The notes under the pieces are model-generated. The model was not told the DNA's origin and did not search any database. It worked only from the letters and a program-made list of their open reading frames with translations. A stretch of 49,122 nucleotides of DNA from Malacoraja senta (lineage: Eukaryota). The position numbers and the translations under genes were made by a program. Of this stretch, positions 12,101-25,680 are shown one piece after another. Each line of letters opens with the position of its first letter. The first letter of the stretch is position 1. Where the stretch lies: assembly GCA_038087875.1 (NCBI GenBank), contig JAXLNO010000087.1, positions 248,001 through 297,122 of the forward strand, in the 5' to 3' direction.

Positions 12101-13431
12101 AAAACCCATATTTCTGTATTCATTGGTATAGTTTAGGTTTATTATTGTCACATATACTGAAGTATTTGTTTTGTTTTGCTTTGTTTTGCAAGCAATCGAA
12201 ATAGATCAGATAATAGTAAGATTAAACGAGAACTTACCAGTTTGAAGTTTGATCTTTATTTTATGAGGAGTTACGATGAGGGATTACGTGAAGAAGAACC
12301 CGCCAGCCCGCATGCGCGTCAACCTTCAAAGCAGCGGTGTGAAATCACAGAACACAGTTGTTGAACTGAATATAGTAAGATTCAAGAAACTATAACTACC
12401 AGCTGACCTTTATGAGAGAGGGTTGGGAGCGGAGGGCACGTAATCCCTCATCATAATTCATCATAAAATAAAGATCAAACTTCAAACTGGTAAGTTCTCG
12501 TTTAATCTTACTATTTTACTTCGGAGTCACGTGAGTGACTACGTGAAGATTTCAAAGTTCTGTGATTTCATGCCGTGGAAACGAGTCCATGCGTCACACA
12601 CTGCATCAATTGACCAGGGATGAGTGAAATTTAATAAAGCATGACATAAATGTAAACATGCTGATGCTTTTTAATGACGAAATGATAATCATAGTAATCT
12701 CACTCATCCAGGAGGAATTATAAACAGAACCTAAAAATAGAGTGGCAAATACCCCCGGTCTGGCAATGGGTTTGTTATAACACATTAGGGAATTCGCTTG
12801 TTTGACCATCCTGCAGCTGCTAGGATATGGTCCAGCGAAACATCCATCGCTGCTGATGTTGTTGCAGCCCTGGTGGAGTGAGATTTGAAAACATCAGTGT
12901 TTACTCCTGCACAAGCCAGAACCCGTTTTAATCACCTGGGGATGGTCTATACTGATACCTACGTATGAGGTTTATTGTAACTAACAAACATTGCTAGTTC
13001 AGAGCCTCTAAGGCTCTAGGTGACATAATGACTGTTGTAGATGTGTGACCACACACACAACCAAAGGTCCATGGGGTATGTCATGAAACTAGTTTGAGAC
13101 CTGATGCCCCCGGACTACTCTGCAAGACTAAGTCATGAACCTAAAGTATGATATTATTTGCAGATGTAACCATCTTGTCCAGTCGTAGCTATGCAACGAC
13201 TGGACCTGTTGCGCTGAACCCAGTGCCATGAGGATGACCACTTTGTAAAGTGACCGAGGACAGGGATGTAGCTGGAGCCCACCGGCGACGCGTTGTCAGC
13301 AGGACATTAACATCCCATCTCTCCGAGTACCTGGGCCTGGGGGAATTTGAGTTGAAGATACCCTTCATAAATCTGGATATCAGAGGTCGAGACCCGACTG
13401 GGTGGTGTCCCGACCCCAGCAGGAAGTATGA

Positions 13432-15538
13432 GGTGAGGACAGTACAGAGTTGGTCGGGGGGGGGGAGGCAGAGGAACAACTCCAGGACTGTTTGGAGTCT
13501 GTAGACTGGGCAATGTTCAAGGACTCGGCAACGGACCTGAACGAATATGCCACCGTCGTTACAGACTTCATTAAGAAGTGTGTGGAGGACTGCATCCCCA
13601 CCAAAACCTTCCGAGCGTTTCCCAATCAGAAACCTTGGATGAACTTTGAAATCCGCACTCTTCTGAAGTCCAGACACCGGGCATTCATGTCTGATGATAC
13701 AGTGGCCTACAAGGAGTCCAGATACGACCTTGGTAAGGCCATCAAAAAGGCCAAAAGGGACTTCTGCTCCAAACTGGAGGAAGAGACTGATGTTCGGCGG
13801 CTGTGGCAGGGCCTGAATGCAATCACCTCTTACAAGGCGAAATCAGGAGGCAGCTCGAATGTCGGCGAAACATCACTCCCTGATGAGCTCAATGCGTTGT
13901 ACGCACGCTTTGATAGGGAGAACACCGATGTGCCTTGCCGAGCCCCCATTCGCTGTGATGGTATTTCAGTCTCAGTCACAGAGGCCGACGTCAGGAAATC
14001 CTTCAGAGGGGTGAACCCTCGAAAAGCGCCTGGACCTGATGGTATACCTGGTCGCGTTCTAAAAACCTGTGCGGACCAACTGGCTGGAGTTTTTACAGAC
14101 ATTTTCAACCTCTCACTTCTGAGGTCTGAGGTCCCCACCTGCTTCAAAAGGGCATCAATTATACCAGTGCCCAAGAAGAGTAAGGTAACGTGCCTCAATG
14201 ACTATCGACCTGTGGCACTAACGCCTGTGGTGATGAAGTGCTTTGAGAGGTTGATCATGACGCAGATCAACTCCTACCTCGACAAAAACCTGGACCCACT
14301 GCAGTTCGCTTACCGCCACAACAGATCATCGGTGGATGCGATCTCGCTGGCCCTCCACTCCGCTCTGGACCACTTGGACAACAAAAACTCATATGTCAGG
14401 CTGTTGTTCATCGATTACAGCTCGGCATTTAACACAATCATCCCCTCCAAGCTGGTTACCAAACTCGCAGAACTGGGTCTCTGCGCATCCCTCTGCAATT
14501 GGATCCTCGACTTCCTCACTCTCAGACCACAGTCTGTTCGTATTGGTGGAAATGTGTCAGATTCGATAACAATTAGCACGGGAGCACCTCAAGGCTGCGT
14601 GCTCAGTCCCCTGCTGTACTCACTCTATACTCATGACTGCGTAGCCGGACATAGTGCGAACTCCATCATCAAGTACGCTGATGACACCACTGTTGTGGGA
14701 CGTATCACTGATGGTGATGAGTCAGAGTATAGAAGAGAGATCGAGCAACTGTCCATATGGTGCCAGCACAACAACCTGGCCCTCAACACCAGCAAAACCA
14801 AGGAACTGATTGTGGACTTTGGAAGGAGTAGGATGGGGACCCACAGTCCCGTTTATATCAACGGGTCGATGGTTGAAAGGGTCAAGAGCTTCAAATTCCT
14901 GGGTGTGCACATCTCTGAAGATCTTTCCTGGTCCGAGAACAATGATGCCATTATTAAGAAAGCACATCAGCGCCTCTACTTCCTGAGAAGATTACGGAGA
15001 GTCGGTTTGTCAAGGAGGACTCTCTCTAACTTCTGACCGGTTGCTGACCGGTTGCATCGTGGCTTGGTTCGGCAACTTGAGTGCCCTGGAGAGGAAAAGA
15101 CTACAAAAAGTAGTAAACACTGCCCAGTCCATCATAGGCTCTGACCTCCCTTCCATCGAGGGGATCTACCACAGTCGCTGCCTCAAAAAGGCTGGCAGCA
15201 TCATCAAGGACCCACACCATCCTGGCCACACACTCATCTCCCTATTACCTTCAGGTAGAAGGTACAGGAGCCTGAAGACTGCAACGACCAGGTTCAGGAA
15301 CAGCTACTTCCCCACAGCCATCAGGCTATTAAACCTGGCTCGGACATAACACTGAACTTTACTAGCCAATACTGTTATTTGCACTTTATCAGTATATTGA
15401 CCATTGTGTATATATTTATAGAATGCCTTGTAGTAAATGCCTACTATGTTCTGTTGTGCTCAAGCAAAGCAAGAATTTCATTGTCCTACCAGGGACACAT
15501 GACAATAAACTCACTTGACTTGACTTGACTTGACTTGA
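13432..15538 (+). mobile_element. Rex1/Babar LINE, 5'-truncated, inserted in the DIRS YR gene
   Basis: 528-aa ORF 13450-15036 with LNDYRPVALT, FIDYSSAFNT, GAPQGCVLSP, KYADD; AATAAA and (CTTGA)n tail. DIRS reading (SALSS|YFL) resumes across it. Confidence 0.93.
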
Positions 15539-18479
15539 CGACAAGGCGCTTCTGGCACAATTATAGCACTGTAACTCCATCTCTCGTGAAATATAGCTTT
15601 GAGAGGAATTCAAGACATCTGTTATACGTACCGTGTCATACGATATATTGGACTGTAAACAGAACACTTCCCATTCCTTGATATAGGAGATGTACTGTTT
15701 CTTGGTACTATCTCTTCAGGCCGCAGTGATTACATCCACCGTACAACCTGACAGTCCGTACCCCAGGAAAGGTCTTCTCATAGTCTGCAAACCAACAATT
15801 TCATTCGCTCATGCAGTGGATGGTTCTCCCCAGTCACGTGGTAAACCAGCAGATTTCTGCGTTTGGGAACCGCCATAAAGGCTCTGTTATCATTCACAGT
15901 ATGAGTAGACCCATGGCTGTGTAGGTCAGTCAGGCACTATCAAAAGCCTGAGGCGGAGTCGTGCTGATTTTTAGGCAAGCTGATGAGGCAAAATGGAGGA
16001 AGGACATAAAGAACATTCCTCCCCAGTGTAGCGAGAATGCATCCATCGCCACTGCCCCTGAGAATGGCCGCCATGCCAGATATTTTTGCAACTGGTGATT
16101 GAGACTAGATGCAAACAAATCGATATTTGGTGTTCCATCAAGCCACAATGTCTTTAAATACTTTGTGATCCAACATTCATGTGTTGATTTACGTGATGAT
16201 ACACCAACGCCAAATGAGGTTAGGTAAACAATCACAGGATATTGACTTGATTGCACCCATGTGATTAATATATTCCACCACCGTAGTGTGTCAACTTGTA
16301 GTTGAGCATGCGGATATGCATATTCGCACGATAAGCCTTTAACCCATAAAACGCACCTAGTGACTTTAGGTAGTTGATACCATATAACTGAGGGATTGGT
16401 AACTCATGCACATCCCATCTGCCTCTGGGACTAGAGATGGGATAGTAATTTCCCATCTTTGAGCACCAGCATCAGTTTGAAATATAACTGAAGGTTTATG
16501 ACCAAAAGTACTGGAGCAATGCTGAATACTGTTTGTCCATCATTGTGACTTAATAGCTTCAGCTGGTAATAGCATAGGTCTGTTAACAATGACCTTCATG
16601 GTACTTGAAAGCTTGCTCCTTTGCACGATGTAAGTTCTGATAATGCAAAGGCCCCAATTACGCAGCTGAAAACAGCCACTAAATTGCCAATTACACTGGC
16701 CACATGATGAATAAGCAACAAGATTGTTACAAGCTTCCATTAATTCTAATCTCTTGCCCCAGACAATTAATAGAGTTAAAGGTAAATCGCAATCTGTAAC
16801 TAGTTGGTATCAACTTAAATTTAATTGGATGGATGAGAAACCGCAATTCCTCAAATGTTAGTTTTGCGGCTGAAACAGCTAATTTAGCAAGATTCAGCGT
16901 TTTTAGAATATCCAGTTAGGCCATAAATATGTATTTTCAGCTTTGAGCAGCCCAAACACTGGCATGGTAATGTGGTAAATAACCTGGGAACTGAAGTTAG
17001 CCCATTTTGCAACATTTTAACTGCTATCGTTGACCATCCAGCTAAATTCCAAATATCTCTGGTGAACCCTGTGAATGGGAACTGAATAGTATGCATCTTT
17101 GAGATCGATGCATGCCATAAAGTATCCTGTGGAAATCAGTTGTAACAGTAACGTTTCCCATTCTAAAAAGTCTATACTGCACATGTGTATGTGAGTTAAT
17201 CAAGTGTGATCCGACATCATCCATCTTTCGCTTGTTTGGATTTCTGCTTATATACCCAAACCTTTTTGTTTGGACTGAATAGATGTACAATCTGTTGTAT
17301 ATTGTATGGATGGCAATCAGTTAAAGGAAATTCAATTCGGAAATCCTTGTATACTGTGCAGTATAAACCGACTGATGTTATTTTTTCACTTATAAACGGA
17401 TCTGAATTTATCCGTCGACATTCGTGCAAAAACAAGTGTAATCTATTACCAACTCGTAACTAGTCCACACACCCCGTGTTTCGGAAATAACAGACCCACC
17501 TACCTCCATGGTTACCGGTGGTCATGTGGTAAGCCCAAAGGCCCCTGATGCAAGTTCGTTTCGGTCCCCGAATTGGAACTGCTGGGGTGCGTAGATTGCA
17601 CATTTTCTCTCTCAGGGCCGGCTTGGGCCTTGGCCTGAAAGATCTCTGCCCAGAGAATCAGCTTTCAAGCTGCCACCAGCTTCAGTGAACCACTTACTGC
17701 TGATGGAGTTGTAGATGTGTTGTCACCGAAATGGTGAGGCTTTTGCTCGTCGTAGGTACCTTGACTAGTCCGACAGCTTTACTTCCTCATCCAGGTTTTT
17801 ACCTGTTTGGCTATGTCTTCTCCAGTGAGAAGATTCGGCGGCTGGACATTGGTGGCCTTGCCATCCATAGTCTCCCCAGATAGCGCTGTTCACTGCCGGC
17901 ACTTTGTTCCTGTAATGGTGTGACGTGAGATCATTGATGCTTACCAAGCTTGTAATGTGAGGGGAACTCTGGCCCCTGGTTCTCTGCCATAGGCTGGAAG
18001 CCAACTCTTCCTTGCAGCGGCTCCTCCGTTTGCATGGATATCGCAACCCTTGATGCCATGACAGAATTCTTGAACCACACGCATGCACTCCGGTATGTTT
18101 CATGGACATACTTCTGAGTTTGGAGTCAGTCACACACTGACTGCCTACACTCCCCTCCTCAGAGAGGGAGATATAATGCAGCCCTGCACCAGGCGCTGCT
18201 GTAGGTCCCCGATAAGACCTGCGCTGATATGGCCCCATCCATGGCCCATATCAGGATGGAACATCTCCTCCGTGGGATGCCCATGGAGGGGAAACCTCCT
18301 TTCCTCTTCCCTACGCTCCCTTCCTCAGAGAGGGAGATATAATGCAGCCCTGCACCAGGTGCTGCCGCGGGCCCCGAGACCCACGCTTATGTGACTCCGT
18401 TCCTTGGAGTGTATCATCTCAGGATGCTCCCCACTGCAGGGGCGAACCCTCACGGCCGAACTTGTCTGGGTCATCCGGC

Positions 18480-18775
18480 CTGCCGAGCTGGGTCTCCCCA
18501 CGGAGCTGGGATTTCCCACAGTTTCCGCAGCCTGGTATCCCGGAGCCGGATTTTCTCCGGCGGAGCCGGGATTTCCCATGGTCTCCGCAGCCGGGTTTTC
18601 CTGAGCAGGGATTCCCCACGCGAAGCCGGCTTCCCCGCGGTCTCCGCAGCCGGGTTTTCCCGAGCAGGAGTTCCCCACATAGAGCTGGGATACCCCACTG
18701 TTTCCGCAGCCGGGTTTTCCCGAGCAGGGGTCCCCCACGCGGAGCTGGGATTTCCCGCGGTCTCCGCAGCCGAAC
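18480..18775. repeat. GC-rich ~60-bp minisatellite inside the DIRS 5' region
   Basis: About 5 copies of GGAGCTGGGATTTCCC..GGTCTCCGCAGCCGGGTTTTCCCGAGCAGG. Confidence 0.85.
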
Positions 18776-19454
18776 GTCAGTTAGCAGGAACTCTATAAAA
18801 GAGCTTCCTGCAGGGAAAAAGCACAACCTGAAATATAAGTTTGAAACTTACCTTCAGGTTCTGAACTTACCGTTGGAGGAGCAGCGTGCCTGCCAGCCAG
18901 TCGTGCGGCATGCGTTAGACGTAATGACGCGCGTGCGGGCTGCCGGGTTCTTCTTCACGTAGTCACTCACGTGACTGAAGTAAAATATATACATATACAA
19001 TCAAGTAAGACTCAAGTACAATAGGAAGAGCAAAGGGGTAGATACAAAGTGCAGAATATTATTCTATGAACATAGGCTATGTCCGCAATGGGGTTGAGGT
19101 GAATCAAACAGTACCCTAGCTTATAGAAGGACTGTCTGAATACAGAGGGGAAGAAGCTGTTCCTGAGTCATCATGGTGCACACTTTCAAGCTTCTGTACC
19201 TTCTGCCAGATGGGAGGGGGGAGAAGGAATGACCTGGTGGGATGAGTCTATGATTATGATCACTGCTTTTCTGCGGCAGTGTGGTGTAGACAGAGTTGAT
19301 ATTGATGGGTCAGATCTGTGTGATGGACTAGGCTACATTCACGACTCACCATCATCAAAATCTCGACAATAGGCAGATAATAGGTTTATTATTCGTATGA
19401 GTAACAAGATACAGTGAAAAACGTGTTGGCATGCTGTCCAGTCAAATCAGATAG

Positions 19455-19550
19455 TGTAGTATAAGTGGGTTGGCCTGTGGTGGGTTAATCTGGGGTAGTA
19501 CAAGTGGGTTGGCCTGTGGTGGGTTTATCTGCGGTAGTACAAGTGGGTTA
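19455..19550. repeat. Short tandem repeat (~38 bp x 2.5)
   Basis: GTAGTAYAAGTGGGTTGGCCTGTGGTGGGTT repeated. Confidence 0.8.
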
Positions 19551-19659
19551 TCATTTTTTAAGTTTAGTTTAAAGACACAGCACAGAAACAGGCCCTTCGG
19601 CCCACCGAGTCCGTACCGGCCAACGATTCCCGCCCACTAACACTACTCTACACAGACTA

Positions 19660-20215
19660 GGGTCATGGAGTGATACAGTTTGGAAACAGGCCCTTCGGCC
19701 CAACTTGCCCACACCGACCAACAATGTCCCAGCTACATCAGAACATATGTCCTCTGGTCCTCGATTCCCCTACTCTGGGCAAGAAACTGTGCATCTACCC
19801 GATCTATTCCTCTCATGATTTTGTATGCCTCTATAAGATCTCCCCTCATCCTACTGAGCTCCATGGAATAGAGACCCAGCCTACTCAACCTCTCCCCATA
19901 GCTCACACCCTCTAGTCCTGGCAACATCCTCGTAAATCTTCTCTGAATCCTTTCAAGCTTGACAATATTTTTCCTATAACATGGTGCCCCGAACTGAACA
20001 CAATATTTTAAATGTGGTCTCACCAACGTCTTATACAATTGCAACATGACCTCCCAGTTTCCACAATCAAAACTCTGACTGATGAAGGCCAATGTGCCAA
20101 ATCCTTTTTGACCACCTTATCTACCTGTGACTCGACTTTCAAGGAACCATGCACCTGCACTCCTAGATCCCTCTGGTCTACAACACCACCCAGAGGCCTA
20201 CCATTTACTGTGTAG
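19660..20215 (-). mobile_element. CR1-type LINE fragment
   Basis: LYKTLVRPHLKYCVQF...QRRFTRMLPGLEG. Confidence 0.85.
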
Positions 20216-20216
20216 G

Positions 20217-20568
20217 CAGGGCTCTCGCTTAAATTTTTTTACTGTTGCCAGCCGGGCAACGTAGGCAGCTTTTTAGGTTGCCAAATGACAAGTGGTCATT
20301 TAGGACGGCTCGCATGACACGTGCGATAATGTGCTCGGACGAAGTGCGTAGTTACCAGTCAGAATTATGGTCAATGAAGCATTCACATATTATTTCTGCT
20401 TCAAATAAAGTCACAAAATAAACATATTCACCAATCAAGACATGATATATACCACAATAACATGCAGCAACATTACAATACAGTATCTCATCTCTTTTTA
20501 CACGTTCCAATGAATGCAATTTCTATTATTTCTTTCCACTTCCAAACAAAATTCTGGTTAGATTATTC
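20217..20568. mobile_element. Possible hAT-type MITE end
   Basis: Begins CAGGGCTCTCGC followed by AT-rich sequence; partner TIR not seen. Confidence 0.3.
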
Positions 20569-20569
20569 A

Positions 20570-21730
20570 GCGTATGATCAACCCCAGTGAGACCAAGTGC
20601 AGGCTTGGCGATCGCTTCCCACAATACCTACACTCAGTTCGCAATAACCAAACTGAGCACTTCAACTCCCCCTCCCATTCCGAATCTGACCTTTCTGTCC
20701 TGGGCCTCCTCCATGGCCAGAGTGAGGCCCACTGCAAATTGGAGGAGCAGCACCTCATATTTCGCTTGGGTAGTTTACACCCCAGCAGTATGAACATTGG
20801 CTTATCCAATTTCAAGTAGCCCTTGCTTTCTACCTCCTTCCCCTCCCATTCCCAGCTCTCCCACAGCCTACTGTCTCCGCCTCTTCCTTTCTTTTTCCCG
20901 ACCCCCCCCCCCACACTTCCCGACATCAGTCTGAAGAAGGGTCTCAACTGGAAACGTCGCCTATTCCTTCTCACCATAGATGCTGCTTCACCCGCTGATT
21001 TTCTCCAGCTTTGTCTACCAACGGGATCCCACCACTGGCCACAACTTCCCATCTCCTCCCCTGTCGGTCCTCCGCAGAGACCGCTCCCTCCGTAACTCCC
21101 TGGTCATTTTGTCCCTTCACACCCAAACCACCCCCTCTCCTTGCACTTTCCCTTGCAACGGCAGGAAACGCTTTACCTTCCCCCTTGACTCCATTCAAGG
21201 ACCCAAGCAGTCTTTCCAGGTGAGGCAGAGGTTCACCTGCACCTCCTCCAACCTCATCTATTGCATCCGCTGCTCTAGGTGTCAGCTGCTCTACATTGGT
21301 GAGACCAAGCGTAGGCTTGGCAATCGCTTTGCCCATCACGTCCGTTCGGTTCGCATTAACCAACCTGATCTCCCGGTGGCTTGGCACTTCAACTCCCCTT
21401 CCCATTACAAATCCGAACTTTCTGTCCTGGGCCTCCTCCATGGCCAGAGTGAAGCCCACCGTAAATTGGAGGAACAGCACCTCATATTTTGCTTGGGCAG
21501 TTTACACCACAGCGGTATGAAAATTGACTTCTCCAATTTCAGGTAGTCCCTGCTTTCTCCTCTGCTTCCCAACGCTCCTTCAGCCCACTGTCTCCACCTC
21601 TTCCTTTCTTTTTCCCACTTCCCCGCACCCTCACATCAGTCTGAAGAAGGGTCTCGACCCGAAATGTTGCCTACTTCCTTCGCTCCATAGATGCTGCCTC
21701 ACCCGCTGAGTTTCTCCAGCATTTTTGTCT
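20570..21730 (+). mobile_element. Penelope-like 3' ends (two tandem GIY-YIG / pLTR units)
   Basis: NLIYCIRCSRCQLLYIGETKRRLG...HFNSPSH...EEQHLIF present twice, each followed by a CTGAAGAAGGGTCTC...GAAA tail. Confidence 0.88.
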
Positions 21731-21734
21731 CCCC

Positions 21735-22255
21735 ATTCACATAACTTCTTTTGTCCCACTTTCCTCACCCACTCCCTACAGATTAGGGGCAATTTTACAG
21801 AGACAAGTTAACCTACAAAGCCAATGCGTTTTTGGGATGTGGGAGGAAGCCCACACGCTTGCAGGGAGAATGTGCAAATTCAAAACAGACAGTGCCCGAG
21901 GAGATGATCGAACACAGATCTCTGGCGTGTGAGGCAGCAAGTCCAACAGCTGTGCCACTATATTTTATTTTCCAACACACAAAAATTATATGCTGATAAC
22001 TTTGGTTACTAAAAAAAAGAAACTATCCATTTTCAGTCTTAAATCTCTAAGTGATGCTATGACCCCCTTTACAGCTACTGTAGGTTTTAATTCAGTTCAA
22101 GACAATGGGGCAGTACATTGGCCATAAATTTGCTGCCTAAAATTGCCAGAGACCCGGAATAGATCCCGAATATGGGTGCTGTCTGTATGGAGTTTACTCC
22201 TTTTCCCTTTGATCTCTGGGTGCTCTTATTTCCTTCCACATTCCAAAGGTGAGCA
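21735..22255. mobile_element. Two degenerate elasmobranch-type SINE fragments (21735-21960 minus; 22105-22255 plus)
   Basis: GTTG..TTGCTGCCT...GCCAGAGA(C/T)C..G..GATC tRNA-like head and GCTGTCTGT.TGGAGTTT core. Confidence 0.55.
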
Positions 22256-25038
22256 GTAACCTTTTTCAGACCCAACCCAAAACGTAATATTTTCCTTTTG
22301 TCCAGAGATTCTGTCTGACCTGTTGAGTTACTCCAGCTTTTTGTGTCTATTTTCAGTTTGAACCAGCATCTGCAGTTCTTTCCTACACACACAATACTAT
22401 ACGATGGAACTTTATTAATCCCAGGAGGGAAATTGTGTATGTGTGTGTGTGTGTGTAGTTATATATTCATATATAAATATACACTGTTTTGTTTTCTCGT
22501 TGATAACATTGTTTACAGAGTACTATGTTTACATATTCTGTTGTGCTGCTGCAAGTAAGGATTTCATTGGGACATAAGAGAATAAAACACTCTTGACTCT
22601 TGACTTACGTCGCTAATGTGTGGGATAGACATCGGCACGGACTTGAAGGGCCGAGGTGGCCTGTTTCCGTGCTGTTATGGTTATATGGTTATAGAGCTAG
22701 TGTACTGGTGATCAGTGATCGGCATGGACTCGGTGGGCCGAAGGGCCTGTTTACACGCTATATCTTTAAATTAAACTAAAACACCATAACCAGAGGAAAT
22801 CTAAAGAAGGGTCTCTACCCGAAACGTCACCCAATTTCTTCTATCCAGAGATGCTGGCTGCTCCATGGAGTTCCGCCGCACAATTAAAGCATGGAATAGT
22901 TGTCACCCTACTATAGGTACCCAACCAGAAGCAACTAAATTTAAGGTACCTCTTATTTTCCCCAAGAACCCTTTCTTGTTTAAGTCCAAGTCAAGAGAGT
23001 TTTATTGTTGTGTGTCCCAGATAGGACAATGAAATTCTTGCTTGCTGCAGCATAACAGAATATGTAAACATAATACAGAACAGGAGATAAAAGTTCACTG
23101 TATCTATATACCATAGACCATATATATATATATATACAATAAATAAACAGATAAAATGCAATATGCTGTTATTTTTCAGAGTTTGGTGGTGGTGTTTAAA
23201 TTCTGTTTAAATTCCATTTTGAATATTTTTGGAGGACCAGGAAACCAAGCAGCAAGAGTTACTCCGGGGAGTTACTCCAGCTCCAGCGAGTGATTCTGCG
23301 TTGGTTTTCAGCGGTCACGGCGAGTGGACAGCAATGGCGGCCAGATCTCCCACCATGCAAAGGGAGGGAGAAAGTGGCCGACACCGACCAGTTGCAGTGG
23401 CAGTGAGCTTGTGCAGGGCGGCACATGCGCACAACCACGGCCAATGATGCGCTGGCCAAAGATCCTCGCTTTAGGATCTTTGGTGCTGGTCGTGGTTGTG
23501 CGCATGTGTAAGGCGGCCGGCCGTGCCGGTGGACGAGGAGTAGGCTGTGGGCCGAGCATCAAAAATGTGTCTAGAATCCAGTTTTCGTGACCCATCACCA
23601 AACTACATGAAATTTTCCACAGATTTAGATGAAATATAAGTGAGAAGGAAGTCATAACTTGTCAGTACCAAAAGCTGCACATTAATTAATTAAACTAATT
23701 AGAAAATGAGATTGGGAAAGTGACCGATGCCCATATTACACCATGTGCAGCCTATTTCCATGTTGCAGTCCATTTAAACTATATATTATTATACCTATAT
23801 ATAAATATATATATAACTTGTAAATATGACCTAATCATATATAATTAATTATAATTATATTATATAAAAATAAAATGATGAATATAATTGTGAGTGTGTT
23901 TTTTTAATGACACTGTCGCAGAGGTGCCAGGCTGGGGACAGTCGTGCAAGGCATCTTCCAGTCGCTTTAATAGGAAGTTTAATGAGACTGCAGCAGAGGT
24001 CCCAGGTTTTAAGGGCTCATGAACCTGCCTAATTAAAGGGTCAGGACAGATCATCTAGGTTTCCCCGTTTACTGAACCCCGCCGACTGCCATAGTGGGGA
24101 GAGTGAGGGGCGACGGCCATAGTGGGACTGGGGCAGTGCCAGGCTGGGTGACAGACCTGTAAGAGATCTGTCTTATTTCTGATGCAAATGTCACATCCTG
24201 GCCAAGAATCGAATGCTCTGATGTTTACTCGATGAGTATTCATTTTAAGCTACAATGAGCTTATATTTATGTTAGAGACCCCCCCGATGTTTCACTTATT
24301 CCAGTGTTTCGTGACCCAAGTTACCAAACTACATGAAATTTTAACATGTTTGATTGAAATTGATTGAAAAGTGCTATATAAATAAATGTACTTTACTTTA
24401 CTGTTAGAGTTGATTCCTGGCTGTCCCCTTTGTGTTGCAGCACCTCAGCAGCGACTTTGCTTTCAAGGCTTTGTTCCACTTCCATCCACTTAGCAGCACA
24501 TTCTTCAGACTTCTTAATGCTTTTCTCACTAAATTCAATTACACTGCTGCAAATTTCCACGACATGTATTCCACAGAACAACAAAGAATCTTCATTGGAA
24601 TCTCCAGTAAAACAGGCACCAGTAGAAGTACTATCAGCCATGTTGTGTGCTCCCTGCCTAGCTAGCCTGTAACAACGATTGACCTGATTGGCCAACTGGC
24701 ATACAACTAAATTTTAAACGTGCTTTGATTGGACTAAAAATACACTAATCTCTAATTTAATAAAAATGTGCAAGTCTTGTTAATGACGAGTTTCAGGGGT
24801 GATTTATATAATATTTTTACACAATATGTTAAAATTTCATGTAGTTTGGTGACTTGGGTCACGAAACACTGGAATAAAGCTCCTCGGCCCACAGCCTATA
24901 ATGATAGGACTCAAACAACAATTATTTTTATTTATGGTCATATGATGTTACTTTGAAAAATGAAAAGATAAATTTGAGGATGTTGATTTATTTTACTTTT
25001 CATTCCTTTTCTGTTTTCTTTTTCCTCTTTCAATTGAG

Positions 25039-25303
25039 TTCAAGACGCTGAAAAGCCTGAAGCAGGTGAATCACCTCAAGATGCAGTTCCTGATGGTGAA
25101 GCAGATGAGCCGGCCCCAAAGAGACTGCTTCGATCCATGACAAGTCATAGTCAACAAACAGCAACTGTCGAGCACACTGACTGCAGGCATGTCCTACCAG
25201 TGTGCCATGTACAGATTTATGCAAGTTTGTTGACTGCAGAAACTCTATTACTGCAAAAGACTTTGAATCTGATGAAGAATCTTCAGATGAAGATCAGATG
25301 TAA
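25039..25303 (+). pseudogene. Internally deleted transposase remnant (N-terminal part fused out of frame to C-terminal Cys-rich/acidic tail)
   Basis: Acceptor at 25038. QDAEKPEAGESPQ...PAPKRLLRS...CRHVLPVC, then frame change at ~25205 to PCTDLCKFVDCRNSITAKDFESDEESSDEDQM-stop, then AATAAA. Confidence 0.55.
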
Positions 25304-25459
25304 TGTAAACAAAATAAATTGGGGAAATAAATGATTATATAAAGTTTTATTTTAATGTCGATCGTTTCACTGTTTATTTGGTCAAATTATTTAAACAATG
25401 AGTGAATTACTTATGATAATGGCGTGCTGGTGAATGACTGCGACAGTCCACCCATCGAT

Positions 25460-25680
25460 CCACACACACATCCATCCGTACGCACACTTCCATGCATGCA
25501 AACACACACATACATGCACATATAAATCCGCACACACATCCATTCACACGCATACATGTACACATCCACACACACATCCACACATACATGCACACATACA
25601 TGCACACATACATCCATCCACATGTATACACACTTCCATCCAGATACACATTTGAAGGGTATACACAAACACACACACAA
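25460..25680. repeat. (CA/CATA/CATC)n low-complexity microsatellite
   Basis: Direct inspection. Confidence 0.9.

Larger units (their letters stand above)
12212..18985 (-). mobile_element. DIRS1-type tyrosine-recombinase retrotransposon, full-length termini, degenerate ORFs
   Basis: Inverted termini (12270-12320 vs 18925-18960) and internal complementary region 12437-12549. YR motif FKSHSTRAA...AAGWS (~12800-12900), SRFMKGIFN...RYSERWDV, methyltransferase-like IDLFAS...DAFSLHW (15930-16256), RNase H INYL..LGAFYGLKAY, RT remnant PNGL-like/VPRLFT. Confidence 0.9.

Noticed and set aside
18325..18962. Overlapping ORFs and a CRISPR-like look of the repeats
   Set aside because: Contiguous minisatellite with no unique spacers, inside a eukaryotic DIRS element.
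23229..23447. 72-aa ORF as a host exon
   Set aside because: Non-ATG start, no convincing splice sites, no recognisable homology.
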